A stretch of 64,000 bases of DNA from Blepharisma stoltei ATCC 30299 (taxonomy: Eukaryota; Protista; Ciliophora). The notes beneath the pieces were generated by a model, which was given only the letters and a program-made list of their open reading frames with translations, did not search any database and was not told the DNA's origin. Below, piece after piece: positions 39,712 through 53,025 of the stretch. The DNA is taken from the NCBI GenBank assembly GCA_965603825.1, contig CBFDEM010000014.1, positions 682,001 through 746,000 of the forward strand. Direction: 5' to 3'. Each line of letters starts with the position of its first letter. The stretch's first letter is position 1. A program made the translations under genes and the position numbers.

Positions 39712-42700
39712 TTAAGCATATGAAATAGGAAACTTCTTCCAATAAGCATTTACTACATCTTCTCCACCTACTTTTCCCAAAACTTGAGTAGAGACTAAAT
39801 CTGTCAGTCTCTCTGCTCCTGAGCTTGAATTAATATGCAGGAATTCACTTTTTCCTCCTGTTATTGCTGCAATTTTTTCAAATTTCTTTTGAGCATCACT
39901 ATAAACATAAAAAGCATTTATTGGAACCCCAAGCTCTTGAATCTTTAATAATTCTTTTCTATAGTGACTTACATCTTTAAATTTTGTGCTATTTCAGTAT
40001 TTTGAATTTTTACCTCTTTTTTCTTCAATGTCCTTAACAGTGTTTGGAGGACGATCGCCGATTAAAATTACTTGAGAAATTGTTTCATTTTTAATGGCAT
40101 TATTTACATGTCATAATCCGACTTCTATTGCTTCATTTCCCTGACCACCTTCAGATTTGACATTTTCCAAAAAACTTTCGAGAATATCCGATTTATTAGT
40201 TCATGGTGACACTTGAAGAATTTTATCATGGGAGCTATAATTTCTATATGCGCAGTATTGCAATTGAAAACATTCAGGATTGATCCCATTCTCTGATAAA
40301 ATAGTGCAGACCCGTTGGAACATTATTTTTACTGTATTTTTAGCATTTTGCAGTAAAAGGTCCATTGAACCAGTCGCGTCCATTAAAACAATTGTTTTAC
40401 AAATCCCGCTTTCGATATTAGTTCCTTTATTTAAAGTTTGCAAGAAAAGTTTAACTTTCTCTAGATCATTATTCTTAATAAAATTCAAAAAATTGCTTGA
40501 TTCATAATGCTGGGCTTTATATTCCTCTATATAGGTAGATTGATTTTCACTTTTAATTTGGTTAAATTCATTTCTTTTATTATTCAAATCATTATAAATT
40601 GAACTTCTATCTTTCATTTTTTTAATGTCTTCTTTTTGAACTGAAAACTTTTCTAACTCACTGTCTAAAAGTATTATGCTATAAGATCCTTTTTGACCTT
40701 GTCTTGCTGATCTTCCTTTAATTTGGATTTCTTCAGATATATTTTCTGAGAAAAATGTTTGTAGTACATGAATTCCTTCATTAGTCTCCATATTTTGATT
40801 TTGACATATAAAATCAATTCCTCGGCCAAAAACTCTTACTAATAATGTCACAGTATTTGGAACTGTTGCTTTTTTAATCATCATTCCCCTATCTTCTGAG
40901 CTCAAATTCTCTGTTATCAACTGAATGTCATAGCCGGAGTACTTTAAAGCTGATTCATTATAAAAATCCATTAGTTTCTTTTCATCTTCGAAAAACACTA
41001 GGACAGCACGTTTGGAGCCTGCTTTCCCTATTTTCTCATTTATTTCATTAATTATAGCCAAATAATAACCCTCACTGGCTTCTGCATGAACATCCTTTTC
41101 TATTGCAAAAGTTCTACGATTGTCTCCAAAAACTGATGGCATATAAGTTTGTATTTTGATATTATATTTATTTTCTATAATACTTTTTTCATAATTCCCT
41201 AAAGTCTCTAAAGTCCCTGTGACTCCCATAATATATTTGAATTTGAGAGGAATTTCTGCAAATGAAAATATGCCGCATTTAATTCCGATAAAAATATTTT
41301 CGTTTAAGCTTTCTTGTGTGATACTTCCTTTTTCATGCTCAAAATAATAAGCAAATAGTGTATTATATCCATAATTCTTATTAAATGAAATTCCGTCATG
41401 CTCTTTATACCCAATTTTATCATATTGGACTATATAATCATGCGAAGCAAATTGTTGTATATGAATTTTCATGTCTTTTACAGCTTCTTCAATAATAAAC
41501 TCAAACCCGCGAAATTGTCTGCAACAATCTTTATATTCATTTGTTGTTCTTATATTTATATTTTTAAGCATTTCTCTAGATTTTCATATATAGTCTGTTA
41601 ATATCTTAATAGTAGGATGTTTCAATTTTGCTAGAGGCCTATAAATATTGCCATAGAAAGATTTGGAGAAAAATACATCTACTTCGTCTATAAGAAGAAT
41701 TTTGGGTCTTTTCATAGTATTATCAGTTATATTTGAGCTGCATTTAGGTCTAGGGCTGATTAGATCTAAGACTCTTTCTCTAATGTCTCCATTTGAATTA
41801 ATTTCATCTTCGCAAAGTTTGTTAAATGTTCCATATTTGATATATGAGCTAACATTTAAAGCTGTATACAAAGGTTCAAAATTTTCGAAATCCCTCTGAC
41901 TTAAATGCTCACTATAGCAGGCACAATTAACTGTAAATCCTAATAAGGCAAGCATGCAACTTAAAAAGGCCAATGTAATTGATTTACCTTCCCCTGTTAG
42001 AATTTGCACTAAATTATTTTGAAAGCCTACATTTTCTTTATTGCCAATACCAATCATACGGAATATTGACAAAACTTGTATTGGATGCAGTGCAAAAAGT
42101 TCCCTTTCTTCTTCAGTACTTGCATCCTGATTGTATTTTTTTATATTGCAAAGTTCCCATAGAATAGAAATATAAGCTAGAAGTTTTGGAATGAGACTTT
42201 TGAATGAGTTAAGGTCTATATCGGAAGAGTTCTCTGGGTGAATCCTTGAGGCTATTTCTGCTTCAGCTGCTGTTTGCCTTATAGCATTATCTATGCCTTG
42301 ACTATTGGCAATATCTATAGCATGAGTCCTGGAGGTTATTTCTATTTCAGCCACTATCTGACTTATGGCATTATCTATGCCTTCGTTATGAATAATAGGC
42401 TGGTACTTTATACTGTACCCTTCAAATTTATCAATGTATTCCTGATGCTTTTCTCGAAGTTCGTTTATATTTAATTGTGAGCCTTTAAGTTTTTCAAGTG
42501 TATAGTCTATTCCATAAGCTTGTGTCTTTTGTCTCCACAGTCTTTGCCTAACTCCTTCAAAAAACTTATGCTCATTCAGTATATAAAGTCCGGTTGAATG
42601 ATTTCCTAGTTCTCCAATTATTCCTAATATCATTCCTTTGCTATTTTTTCCAATTGTTTCTAAAGAATCATCTATAATTTTATGAAGTCCCTCTTTAAAT

Positions 42701-45700
42701 TTAGGAAAATTAATTGAAAGTTCTTTCATTTTTAGCAAAGGTTCAATTATTTCTTCCAGCTGTTTTCCATTCATAGCTTTGGTTTTTAATTCTTTGATTT
42801 TATCATAAATTTTACCTTCAATTGCTTGTAGTGTCGCTTTCAAATCAAGATCTGAAATTTTTAAATTTTTTTCGAAAAAGCCCAAAAAATTATAGTAACT
42901 CCGAATTTGATTAAATTCTTCATTTCTGATATCTTGCTTATCTATTAAAAGTAAAGCATTCCTAACAATTTTATTTATTTCATTGCTTATCGAGCCAATT
43001 GCCTTTGATTGCATTATTTCAAGACTAGTCTCTAGGTTTAAGTGATTTTTTAAGTAGCTGAAACTTCTGATTTGGTTTCATTTCTCTTGAATATTTTTTG
43101 CGTAACTATCAAGTAGTGCTTGTTGCATGATATCTTCATAATGAACTTTAAATTCTATGAAAAAATTGCTTAATTCAACCAATGCTTGAGTTAAATCAAT
43201 TCTAAATTCTGAATAACGTCACTGCTCTTTTATTTTGCTATCAAAACGAGTATAAGTTCGATTCTGTGATAAAAACTCTTTAAAAATTTTCAAAAATCCA
43301 TCCCAATCTTTAATTTTATTCAACGTCTGATTACACTTTAGGGAACTATTTGGAGGTTTGAACACTGTGTAACGTTTATTGAGTCCCTGATAAAAGTATA
43401 AAATTGCAGCATGGATACTTTCGATTTCATTTTCAATGGGGAAAATCTCTTTGGCTTTAGGTTCTGATTTAAAATTAGTTTTAAAATCCATAAGATTTTT
43501 GTAAAATTTAAATGATTCTACCAACTCGGTACTACTATCTTTATACTCAATATTTAAAAGAGTTTTTAAATTTTGATTAACTTTTCCATTGAGATTTCAT
43601 AATATTTCTTTGAAAATTGAATCACTGTCTTCTAATATTTTTTCTATCTCATTTTTTAATTCTAAAACGTGAGCTTTTTTAAATGCCAATTCTCAATTTC
43701 TTTTTCTAAGAGCATCATTTATTTCAATATTAATTGATGATATCATATTTTTCAGTTTATCTTTGGCATACTTTAAATAAGATTTAGAATAACGGGTTGA
43801 TTGGCTATAAAATTCACATAATTCCTTTATGCTTTGTCCTTCTACATAACTATCAATTCTTTCTCTAAAACTAGTTTTATCTGCTTTAAGACTTGCTTCG
43901 ATTTCTTTAATCAGGCTCTTAGCTGAAATTTTGATATCTTCTGGCAAAACATTAAGAACAGACGATATATTATGAATTTTTTCCTTTTTTTTGGCAGTAC
44001 TTTCTTTCTTAAAATTAATCTTAATATCGTATATTTTCTCATTTATCAAACTTCTAATTTCATTAGATTTCCCCTCATATTTTGGAAAATCTTTTGATGC
44101 TTTTTCGATAATCTGTAATGTTGAATTTAGAGGATAAACTCCTAACTCTTTAATTTCGTTTTTTTGTATGTGATCAATGATATTTTGGGGGAATTTATTC
44201 AGATTATCTTCGATTTCTAAAATTTTATTTGCAAATCTATTTACAAAAAGCCAGTTTAAATCATCACTTGTTGGGTATTGAATATTTTTCATTTTAATCT
44301 CAGCTTCATAAAATTTATTTATTTTTATATCATCTGATATTAAAAATAGGTAATTAGAAATTTTTGTCTCAAGATCTTTTTTGATTGATATCTCCTCCTT
44401 CTCAAATCTCTTTCGCGTTTCAGTGTCAAAGTAGAGGTAGAAATTATTCGCATATGCACATTTAACTTTTTTAAAATTCTCGATTATTATATCTATTTGG
44501 CCATACTTTAAATCACAAACATTAAGTTCCTTAGTACGATCTTTCATGTCTTCTAATAGATCATTAATGGCTTTATATAATTTATCTGAAATTGTATCTT
44601 TCACACTTGGAATTGGCTCACCAAGCTTATTTATCGTTTGTTTTAAACTATAAAAGTCATACTTCTCGATTAATTCAATTAATTCCATAAGCCTAGAATC
44701 TTGAAGTTGTTTATATTTTTTTGAAAGATCTGAATAAGTCTTATCAATTTTTGCAAGTTCATCAGCAATAAATAATAATAAAGTTATTGACTCGGCTTGA
44801 GTATTTTGATTAAGATTCATAAGTTTTTCATCTACATCAGAATATAAACTATTAAGTTCAGTTAAAAACTGTGCAAAGGGGTGCTCTAAATCCAGAAAAT
44901 TATAAAAAGTTGGAGATTTTGTTTTTAATGATGATATTTCTTGAAAGCTCGCCAATATCTGGCAAGTGTAAGCTCTTAAAGCATTCATATCAAAAGCACG
45001 GCGATTTTTAATAAAATCAGAAATAAATCCAAAGCGATTATTTAAACATTCAAGAAATGGCCCATACGCCATAATTAATTTTGAAAATATATTCGAATTA
45101 ACGATATCAGCAATGCTGTCAGGTAAAGGTTGTATTTGTTTGCATTCTTCAATATATTTATATGAATTTTCTAAATTATCAATATCAGGTATTTTGTCCT
45201 TCTTTTCTTTAAATATTTCAATTGTTTGTTGGATTTTACTTATTTCTTGATCAATTTCATCAATTGTCTTAAATCCGTTAGTTGTAAGTAATTCTTCGAT
45301 CTTCTCTGCGCTTTCTTCTTTTATATATTTATCATAGTCTTTCTTCACGATTTTTAATTTTTCTATTTCATTTAGTTGATGATCAATGTCTAATTCTGGA
45401 TTAAACTCATTTTTAATGAGCCTTAAAGTTTCCTCAATTCTTTCCCAAAATTTATCTCAAACAATTTTGGGATACTCAGTAACAGATGGAATATATTTTT
45501 GTAATTGAAGAATAAGGTTGGATTTTTCTGCTATTGAATATCCTTTTTGCACATTTGAAGGAGAGTTAATACCTAAATCAATGCTTAATAATTTACTAAC
45601 CAGATTGCCTACAATGCTTTTTGTAAGTTTTTTTTCTAAATCAGAAAGCACATTACACAATATCCCTTTTTTGAATTCTTCAAGCCATCTTCATGATTCA

Positions 45701-48700
45701 AGACTTGCTAAGGAATTATATAATAAGTTAATTTTTATCGATTCATGTGACTCGACAAATGATTTTATGTATTTTTTTGCTTCATTTTTTAAATTTTTTA
45801 TATTTTGAATTGAAAAATCTAAGATATTTTGATAAGAAGGAGCAATATTTGCGTTTATATCAGGAATCTCCTTTAACAAATTGTATTCATAAAATTTAGC
45901 TTGAATTTCATCTATGCTATGCTCTCCTTTTTTATCAGTTAAAGAAGAAGCAAAACTTTCAAAGTATGTTTTGTATTCATTAATAATTGATGGGACTAGA
46001 TCGTCTATTTTATTTTCTAATAAAAAATCTCTTAAATTTTGATCTTCAATAGCTGATTTTATTAAGGAAATATTTTGCTGAAGCCCTTTTATGTCGCTTT
46101 CTTCTATATGTCCTTTGTCTAAAAGTGTAATAGAACTATCATATTTTGATTTTAAGCTTGAAATAAGTTGGCTTAAAAGACTTTTATACTTTATAGACAA
46201 ATCTTCTAAGTTAATGATATCATGAGCAGCCTCGAAGCATTTTTTTACTTTTCGTACAGTCTCAGCAAATTTTCCATAATTATTTCGTTCCAAGTATGAG
46301 TCAGCTGATATAAGCGCTTCTTCGATTAGATTTATGTATTCTTGACTAAAATCTTTATAGCGAGCAGCAATTTCTTCAAATGTTTCACTTAAAATTTTTG
46401 TATTTTTTAATTGAAAATTTAGGTCTGATATCTCTGGTTCAATGCTTGCATGATTAAGGTTTAGCTTAAAGATAAGATTATTGAGCATTGCTACTGATTT
46501 AACGGTTTCATCTCTCAGATGGCTTTCTCTAATTTCTTCTGATGCTTTCAGAGCATGATATGCTTCTTGATAAGAAAATACATCATCTTTTTCCAAAATT
46601 CCATGATTGTCTAAAATTTTATTTAGCTTTTCAAGAGCATTTTCATATATATCTTTAGTCTTTTTTATTACATAATTGACGGATTCATCATATTGAGGTC
46701 TAAACTGTTCAAATAAATTCGCTATATACTGCAACCCATCTAAATTATATTTTATAATACCATAGTTGAAAGAATCAATGGCAACTACAATGCCTTTTGA
46801 ATAAACAGAAATTTGATTTTTTATAGATCGACTAGAATCTTCAGTTATGAAGCTTTCAAAAGCATCTCTTGTATTTCTTATAGGCTCGTTTTCCATTATC
46901 TTTTTAAGTAGCTCTTGTGGGTTATCTTTCAATGGATCAATTGTTATTACTCCATTTTTAGTCTTGTCTCTTATATCTTTCAAAATTTTCAAAAATGCCT
47001 TATCGGAGTTATTCTTTATTAATTTTATAGCATTTTTCACAGTGCCATGTATATTTTTAACATCTTCTGGGGAATATTTGGTAAATGCATATGTAAATGA
47101 GCGGCTGTATTTGTCAAAATTAGGGACAAGCCGAGCCAAAGTATGAGCAAGTTTCTTGATTCCTTCAAATCTATCTCCTTCAGCTTTAGAACTTATTAAA
47201 ATTAAAGGCCTTACACTCTTGCATTTCCTAACACACTCAACAATGCCTATTGTATTTGCAATATCAACTTCTGCACCGTTTGTGTCCATCAAACCTGGCG
47301 TATCACATATAAAAGCAGCATCTTGGGGAGAATTTATATTAATAGGTATTATAGAGATGTATCGAGTTTCTGATTCAGCACGTGATGAAATCGTAACATT
47401 TTTTAATAAGGGATTTTTTATGGCTTCGAATTTTATATGCGTTACGTTATCTTCTAAGACCCTTTTCATTTCCGAGCCACATAAAAAATGAGTAGTTGTA
47501 GATTTTCCTGTGCCTGTAAAGCCAATTAACAGAATGATATCTTTTTTTTCTAAATTTTCAGAGCATCGAACTGATTTATTAATTAGCCTGATAACTTCCC
47601 TAATATTAATAGGTCGAATGTGCTCTTTCAGAATTTTTTGAATATCTTGTATCGATTTATCCCATTTTTCATTTTTGAGATGTTTTTTCAAGTGAGAAAT
47701 AAGTTTTGATGGTAAAATTCCTTTAGGACCTTTATGTACGTAATCAATAAAGTAGTTAAACTCGATATTCGGATCTATATTCGCAAACTTTGCATGAATA
47801 TCTAATGACGGGTCAAAATCATAGCATTCATAGTAAGCAAAGCACAAAATATTGGTAAGAAATTTTTCTATGCAAAAGGGCATCGTTGAAATATCATCAA
47901 TCATTGCTTCAATAATCTCTATTTTTTTATTCTTGTCACCTTCTTTAGCATCTATAGCTATCATAGATTTTGAGCTAAGCTTTTTGTAAATGGAGAGCAG
48001 TTTTTCCAAATCAGCAAGATTATTTTCTTCAATTTTTGCATTATCTAATTTTTTCTTTCTGAGATAAAAAGAGATATTTTCTTTTGTTTCAATTATTTTT
48101 TCTTCAATTTGTTGAGGATTTCCAATCTCGTACTTAATTAATCCTTGCTTAAGCTCTTCATCTACATTTTGATTAATTTCTTCATGCAATTTTAGCAATC
48201 TCTCAAGATCTTGTAATTTCTTTTTTTCTTCTTCCTCAAGGTCATATTTTTTCTTTCTATTATAAAAAGCAATATCTTCTTTTACCTCTTCTATTTTTTC
48301 TGCGACACTATCTATATCTTCGATTTCATACAATCTTAGCATCTTATTAATTTCCTCCTCGATTTTATTTTCTTCAGTTACAATTTGTTGATTTTCGCAT
48401 TTTTCATGTTTATTTTCTTCACTTAGGCTTTCATGGTCTTCGAATTTTTCAATTTCTTCACTTGCAATCTGTTGATTTTCGCATTTTTCATTATTTTCAT
48501 TTATACTTTCCTGAGATTCGCATTTTTCATTATTTTCATTTATGCTTTCCTGATTTTCTCGTTTTTCATATTCTTTACTTACACTTTGTTGATTTTCGCA
48601 CCCTTCATCTTTATTTTCTTCACTTATTCTGTGCTGATTTTCGCATTTTTCATTTTCTTCACTTAAAATTTGCTGACTTTCGCATTTTTTGTTTTTATTC

Positions 48701-50055
48701 TCTTCACTTTTTCTTTCCTGATTTTCGCATTTTTCATCTAAAATTAACTGATTTTTGGATTTCTCGCTTTTATTTTCTTCACTTGTGCTTTCTTGACTCT
48801 CGCATTTTTTATTTTCTTCACTAATAGTGTGCTGATTTTCGCATTTCTCACTTTCTTCACTTATGTTTTTATTTTCTTCACTTATAGTGTGCTGATTCTC
48901 GCATTTCTCATTTTTTTCATTTATGCTTTCCTGGTTTTCGCATTTTTCATTTTTATTTTCTTCACTTTCGCCTTGCTCTTTTGTATGCTTTTCTCTTATG
49001 CTTGGCTGATTTTCGCATTTTTCATTTTCACTTAAAACTTCGCTTTCACTCAAGAATTTGTGAAGGGTTTTGATGTTTTCTTCATTGATAAATTCGATTT
49101 CTCCACTTAAAATTTCCTCAGAATCGAAAATTATCATTGATTTTAAAACAATTCTTTTGTAAATAGAATTCAAATTTTCCAAATCAGCAAGTATATTTTC
49201 TTCATTTTTTGCTTCTTCTAGTCTTTTTCTTTTAAGACAAAATGAAATATTTTCTTTTGTGTCATATATCATTTCTTCCAATTTTTCAGGGTTTTCAATA
49301 TGATATTTACTTAGCCCTTGCTTCAGCTCACATTCTAAATTTTCTTCCTCAAAAGTGCTTGCATTATGCCTATTCTCTTCATTCTCCTCTTTTGCTGTTT
49401 TTATTTCTTTATGTAATTGCTGTAATCTTTCAAGTCCTCTTAGCCTATTATTTGCTGCTTCTTCATCTTCAATTAATTTTTTTCTATGATAAAAAGCAAT
49501 GTCATCCTTCACATCTTCAATTTTTTCAGTTAATTTATTTACGTCATCAATTTCATAAAGGCTCAATAACTCATTCATTTCCTGCTCATTTTTATTTTCT
49601 GCATTATTTTTTTTCAGATTGTATTTTTTGTCGTTGGCTTCACTTTCATCAAGAGAATCTTGGATAATTTCAAATGAATTTTCAATGTTTTCTTCTTTTA
49701 TAATTTCTATTTCTACACATAAAATTTCGTCATTATTACTTAGGATATTCAACCATGCTTTCAGAGGGAGATTTTGGCTAAGATCAATTAAAGTTGATCC
49801 AAATAGCTTTTTTTCATTGAGGACTTGCATATAAAAACTAAACGTCAGCGAATCAAAAAGATCAGCATCCAATTGAGCAGGATTGAGGACTGAGATTTGA
49901 GCCAAATCAAAAGGGGGAGATTGAAAGATGAGTTGGGACGTATGAGAATTTGACAAAGTATAAAAGAGTTCTGAAATTGCACTCGGATCTGCTATTCACT
50001 TGAATACAATTTTGTTAACCTTAAAGACAAGAAAAGAATTATTTCTACTAACCAT
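39712..50055 (-). CDS. Giant C2-like/GTPase/SecA-like/vWA family protein, copy E, intact, 3,447 aa
   Basis: ATG 50055 to TAA 39714-39712 in one frame with only TGA interruptions. GFTGTGKST (~47500-47523), DTPG, AFTKY; QILTGEGKS (~41980-42006), DEVD (~41680), GVTGT, GRGIDF, QIKGRSARQG (~40700); vWA DATGSM (~40370), GGQGNEA, VILIGD. Confidence 0.92.
48370..49035 (-). repeat. Coding EKCENQ array in copy E (~15 subunits)
   Basis: Same subunits as in A at 2095-3880, but a shorter array. Confidence 0.9.
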
Positions 50056-51189
50056 TTATTGCCAGATAAAATTTTCGCGAATATCAGAATAAAAATGTTG
50101 AATATTTATTTGATAAATAATTGGCACTTTTATTAAACTATACGATGAAGATTTAGCATAGAAGCTGATATCAATAAGATTTAAATATTTATTCACTTTG
50201 AATTTCATAAATAATTATAAATTAAATGATATTAGGCAATTTACAGTGGAAGATAAATTTCTTAAAAAATAATTTGTGTTTAAAATTATAGCTTTCAATT
50301 TAAATTATAGCTATCTAAAAAGAAAAGAAATCGTTTTATAGCGAAGCCAGCAATAAAAAAAATAAATTATTTTTTGATAAAATATAAATTTAATTTTTGT
50401 AGAATTTAAATGTTTATGATAATATTGATAAACATTTTACGATATTAATAGTAAAATTATTTTTCTGAATTTATCAAACTATTGTAAATTTGAGGAATAT
50501 AAATCCCGATACAGATTTTTTTGAAAGACTCTCCTCTCTGACAAATAAAAATTAATTTTAAATAAACTTTATTTTATAAACCTTTTAATACAATTGCCCA
50601 GAATCCTCAAAGTTGAAGAATTTTAATCATCAAAACGATCCTATATAATTAATAGAGCAAAAATCATTTGTTAGCCAAAGCTAAGGAATTTGACTCGAAA
50701 CTTTCACGGATTCTTGAGTTTTTAGATTTTAATTAAGACACAATTATTGAATTTTTTGCCAAAACAGCTAGATTGGGGCTTAAAAGAGGAGAGAAAGCTA
50801 AGAATGACTGAAGAAGCATCATCAATTGAAATTTCCAAACTTTTCTTAAAAGCTAAAGCTGTTTCATAATATTTCTAAAATATTTTAGACTTATTATGGA
50901 AGGAATTAAATAGTGCCTCTTTGAGACGCAAAATAATCATTAAATGCATGAGTGAGAGATAATATTTTTCTTAAATAAATTCTAATTGAAATAAATTTAA
51001 AAAATAATATTTACCAAATTTTATATTAAAATTCAATAACGGGCATAAAACCCTGAAAATAAATGAATCGCACCTTTAATGCCGATAAACAAGATTTTAA
51101 ATCCTACTCAAACTTTTTACAAGACCCTCTCCTTTAAATCCATCCATCAAAGTCATATTTTTTATTTAGCAGAACTTTTTAAAGCGACC

Positions 51190-51540
51190 AGAAAGTGAAG
51201 AGGAAAAACAAGATAATTTCTACCCAGAACCCCCAGAAGTTGATGACCTTTATCATCAAGACAGTCTCTTATGATAAAACGAGTAAAATTCATTGCCGGA
51301 GGCTTGATTATTTGCATGGAGTTAACGGTTGAGAGATCTGAACTTGGCATAGGCAAAGGAGCTTTTGCTTGAAACTGCTGAGATGGGGTGCACGGAATCT
51401 ATATACAGCATTGGAGTTTTTTATGTAGAAGGACTCTATGGGTATAGAGATAATGATGTAGGAATTGACTAATTGCAAAAAGCAGTTGGATTGGGACATA
51501 AAAAAGCAAAGAAAAAGCTGGTGAATTATCCCCAATAGAA
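51190..51540 (+). pseudogene. Sel1-like repeat protein relic (counterpart of 6270-6620)
   Basis: Reads DLNLA*AKELLLETAEMGCTESIYSIGVFYVEGLYGYRDNDVGID*LQKAVGLGHKKAKKKL, with TAG/TAA stops. Confidence 0.65.
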
Positions 51541-51641
51541 ACATTTAAGCTTTGCTTTGATAACTAATATTCGTTTTAATAAGATTTAAGACAAAATTAA
51601 GAAATTTTTGCCTTTATTTGTATTTCTCTATTTAAAAATGA

Positions 51642-52097
51642 TTAAATTGCATACATAGCTGTAGCTTCTTCAACATAAGAAAAGTATTTCTCTTCATTTT
51701 CGTTATAAATTTGCACTAATTCTTGATTTGTGGCTAATTCCCATTTTGGTTTCTTCAAAAGCTCGATTATTCATATAAGTCCATCTTCTATATCTTGTTT
51801 ATATCTACTGGGCATTTCGATCTGAATAATTCCGTCATCGCTTATGTTCGGGTGTAAAATTTTTGTAAGAAACTGGAACTTATAATTATAAAAGGTGTCT
51901 AAAAGGGAAATCGAGATATAAAATATTCCACCTTCATATGGAGTTTCAGAGGGTCCTGCAATACCTGCAAGAAAAATCTGTAGCCATTTGCAGTTGTCTT
52001 TAGGAGCTCTTTTAAAGGCAAATATATTTGGCCGATGGTTTTCTGCTATTTTTCTAATTGACCGAAAGACTTGACCTTTATTGTCATATTTATTCAT
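51642..52097 (-). CDS. Ubiquitin-conjugating E2-fold protein lacking the catalytic Cys (UEV-like), 151 aa
   Basis: GPSETPYEGGIF...FLTKILHPNISDDGIIQIE, with Gln at the Cys position of HPNIxxxGxIC. Reads through TGA at 51773-51771 to TAA at 51644-51642. Confidence 0.8.
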
Positions 52098-52159
52098 AAA
52101 TAATATAGGCTCTATATTATGGTTAACTCTAGATTAAGTTTTCGTTTAAAAGCAGCTCT

Positions 52160-52232
52160 CCTAGCAAATCTGTATTTTTTTAAATTTATTTTCAAATTAA
52201 ATAGAAGCAGCTTGCTTAATATTTTGGTAACA
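52160..52232 (+). repeat. Left copy of a ~65-bp direct repeat (right copy 54904-54968) flanking a ~2.7-kb segment
   Basis: ttattttcaaa(t/c)taaatagaagcagcttgctt(a/g)atattttggtaaca occurs at both sites; only one copy (inverted, ~5586-5650) occurs in the A-side duplicate. Confidence 0.85.
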
Positions 52233-52239
52233 CGAGTTT

Positions 52240-52748
52240 AATAGACAAAAAAACCAAAGTGAGTATAATGTTGTAAAACAAGCTAAAGCTCAGCATGAAA
52301 GATCAATGGAATATCTGAAATATATTGAATGCAATGATAAAAGAAACGCTCAAAATTTTTTAATTGAAGCTTCCTTAGGGTTATGGCACGCAAATAAAGC
52401 CATTAGAAATTATACAATTTCTCAAGTGGTTTTACATGGCGATTTTACTGATGAAAATAGGCAGCAAAGAGGCAGAGAGTCCAATCAAAACCCCTCTAAA
52501 TTTAGCAAATAATGGATGCTGGTAAAGAATTAGAAAAATCGTATAAAAACAATTTCCTGTGCATGCGAAGCAGCAAGAGCTAAAATTAGAAGGATTGCAA
52601 ATATGACTAGAGGTCAGGCCAGAGCAGAGTTTCTGATTTTAATTCAGTTGATATGCTGGCAGAGTTCATTTGCACCGACATTTTGAAGAAAATCGCAGAG
52701 GAGCCAGGCCTAAGTCTTTATAGAGAACTTATCCATCTCCACAATAAG
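52240..52748 (+). pseudogene. 3' fragment of a giant-family paralogue (end of SecA region joined to part of the vWA domain)
   Basis: VKQAKAQHERSMEYLKYIECNDKRNAQNFLIE resembles VKESKALHDSSVEFQSFLQHNNISRAKAFLDE; it is joined directly to GLWHANKAIRNYTISQVVLHGD, which resembles GLWHVNNAIKNETISQVILIGD. Stops and frameshifts follow. Confidence 0.72.
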
Positions 52749-53025
52749 GATTTTTATTTATCTTAAAGATTTTTAAATTCTATTTATGTTCTGAAATTTG
52801 TAAGACTAAATACAGATTTATCTTAACAGCTAATTATCCTAGCTCTGGCTTGATTAGCTTATTAAAGAAGGGGGCCATGGTTTAATGTCTTATAGAAGAC
52901 TAGCCTTAAGATAAGGCTTTATATGATATGTGTTGAATTAAATGATAAAGATCCAATTAATAGTTATCATAAGATTTTTTATAAATTATTATCTAGATGA
53001 ATTTAAGATATTTATAATTTTTAAT

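Noticed and set aside
40201-43014. Bacterial secA gene or Mycoplasma origin (UGA=Trp, AT-rich)
   Set aside because: The SecA-like domain is fused inside a 3,400-aa multidomain protein, lacks a recognisable SecA C-terminal scaffold/wing region, and neighbours B56 and E2 genes.
22053-50055. Operon-like series of separate short genes suggested by the ORF track
   Set aside because: Most successive ORFs share a frame and are split only by TGA, which is Trp here.
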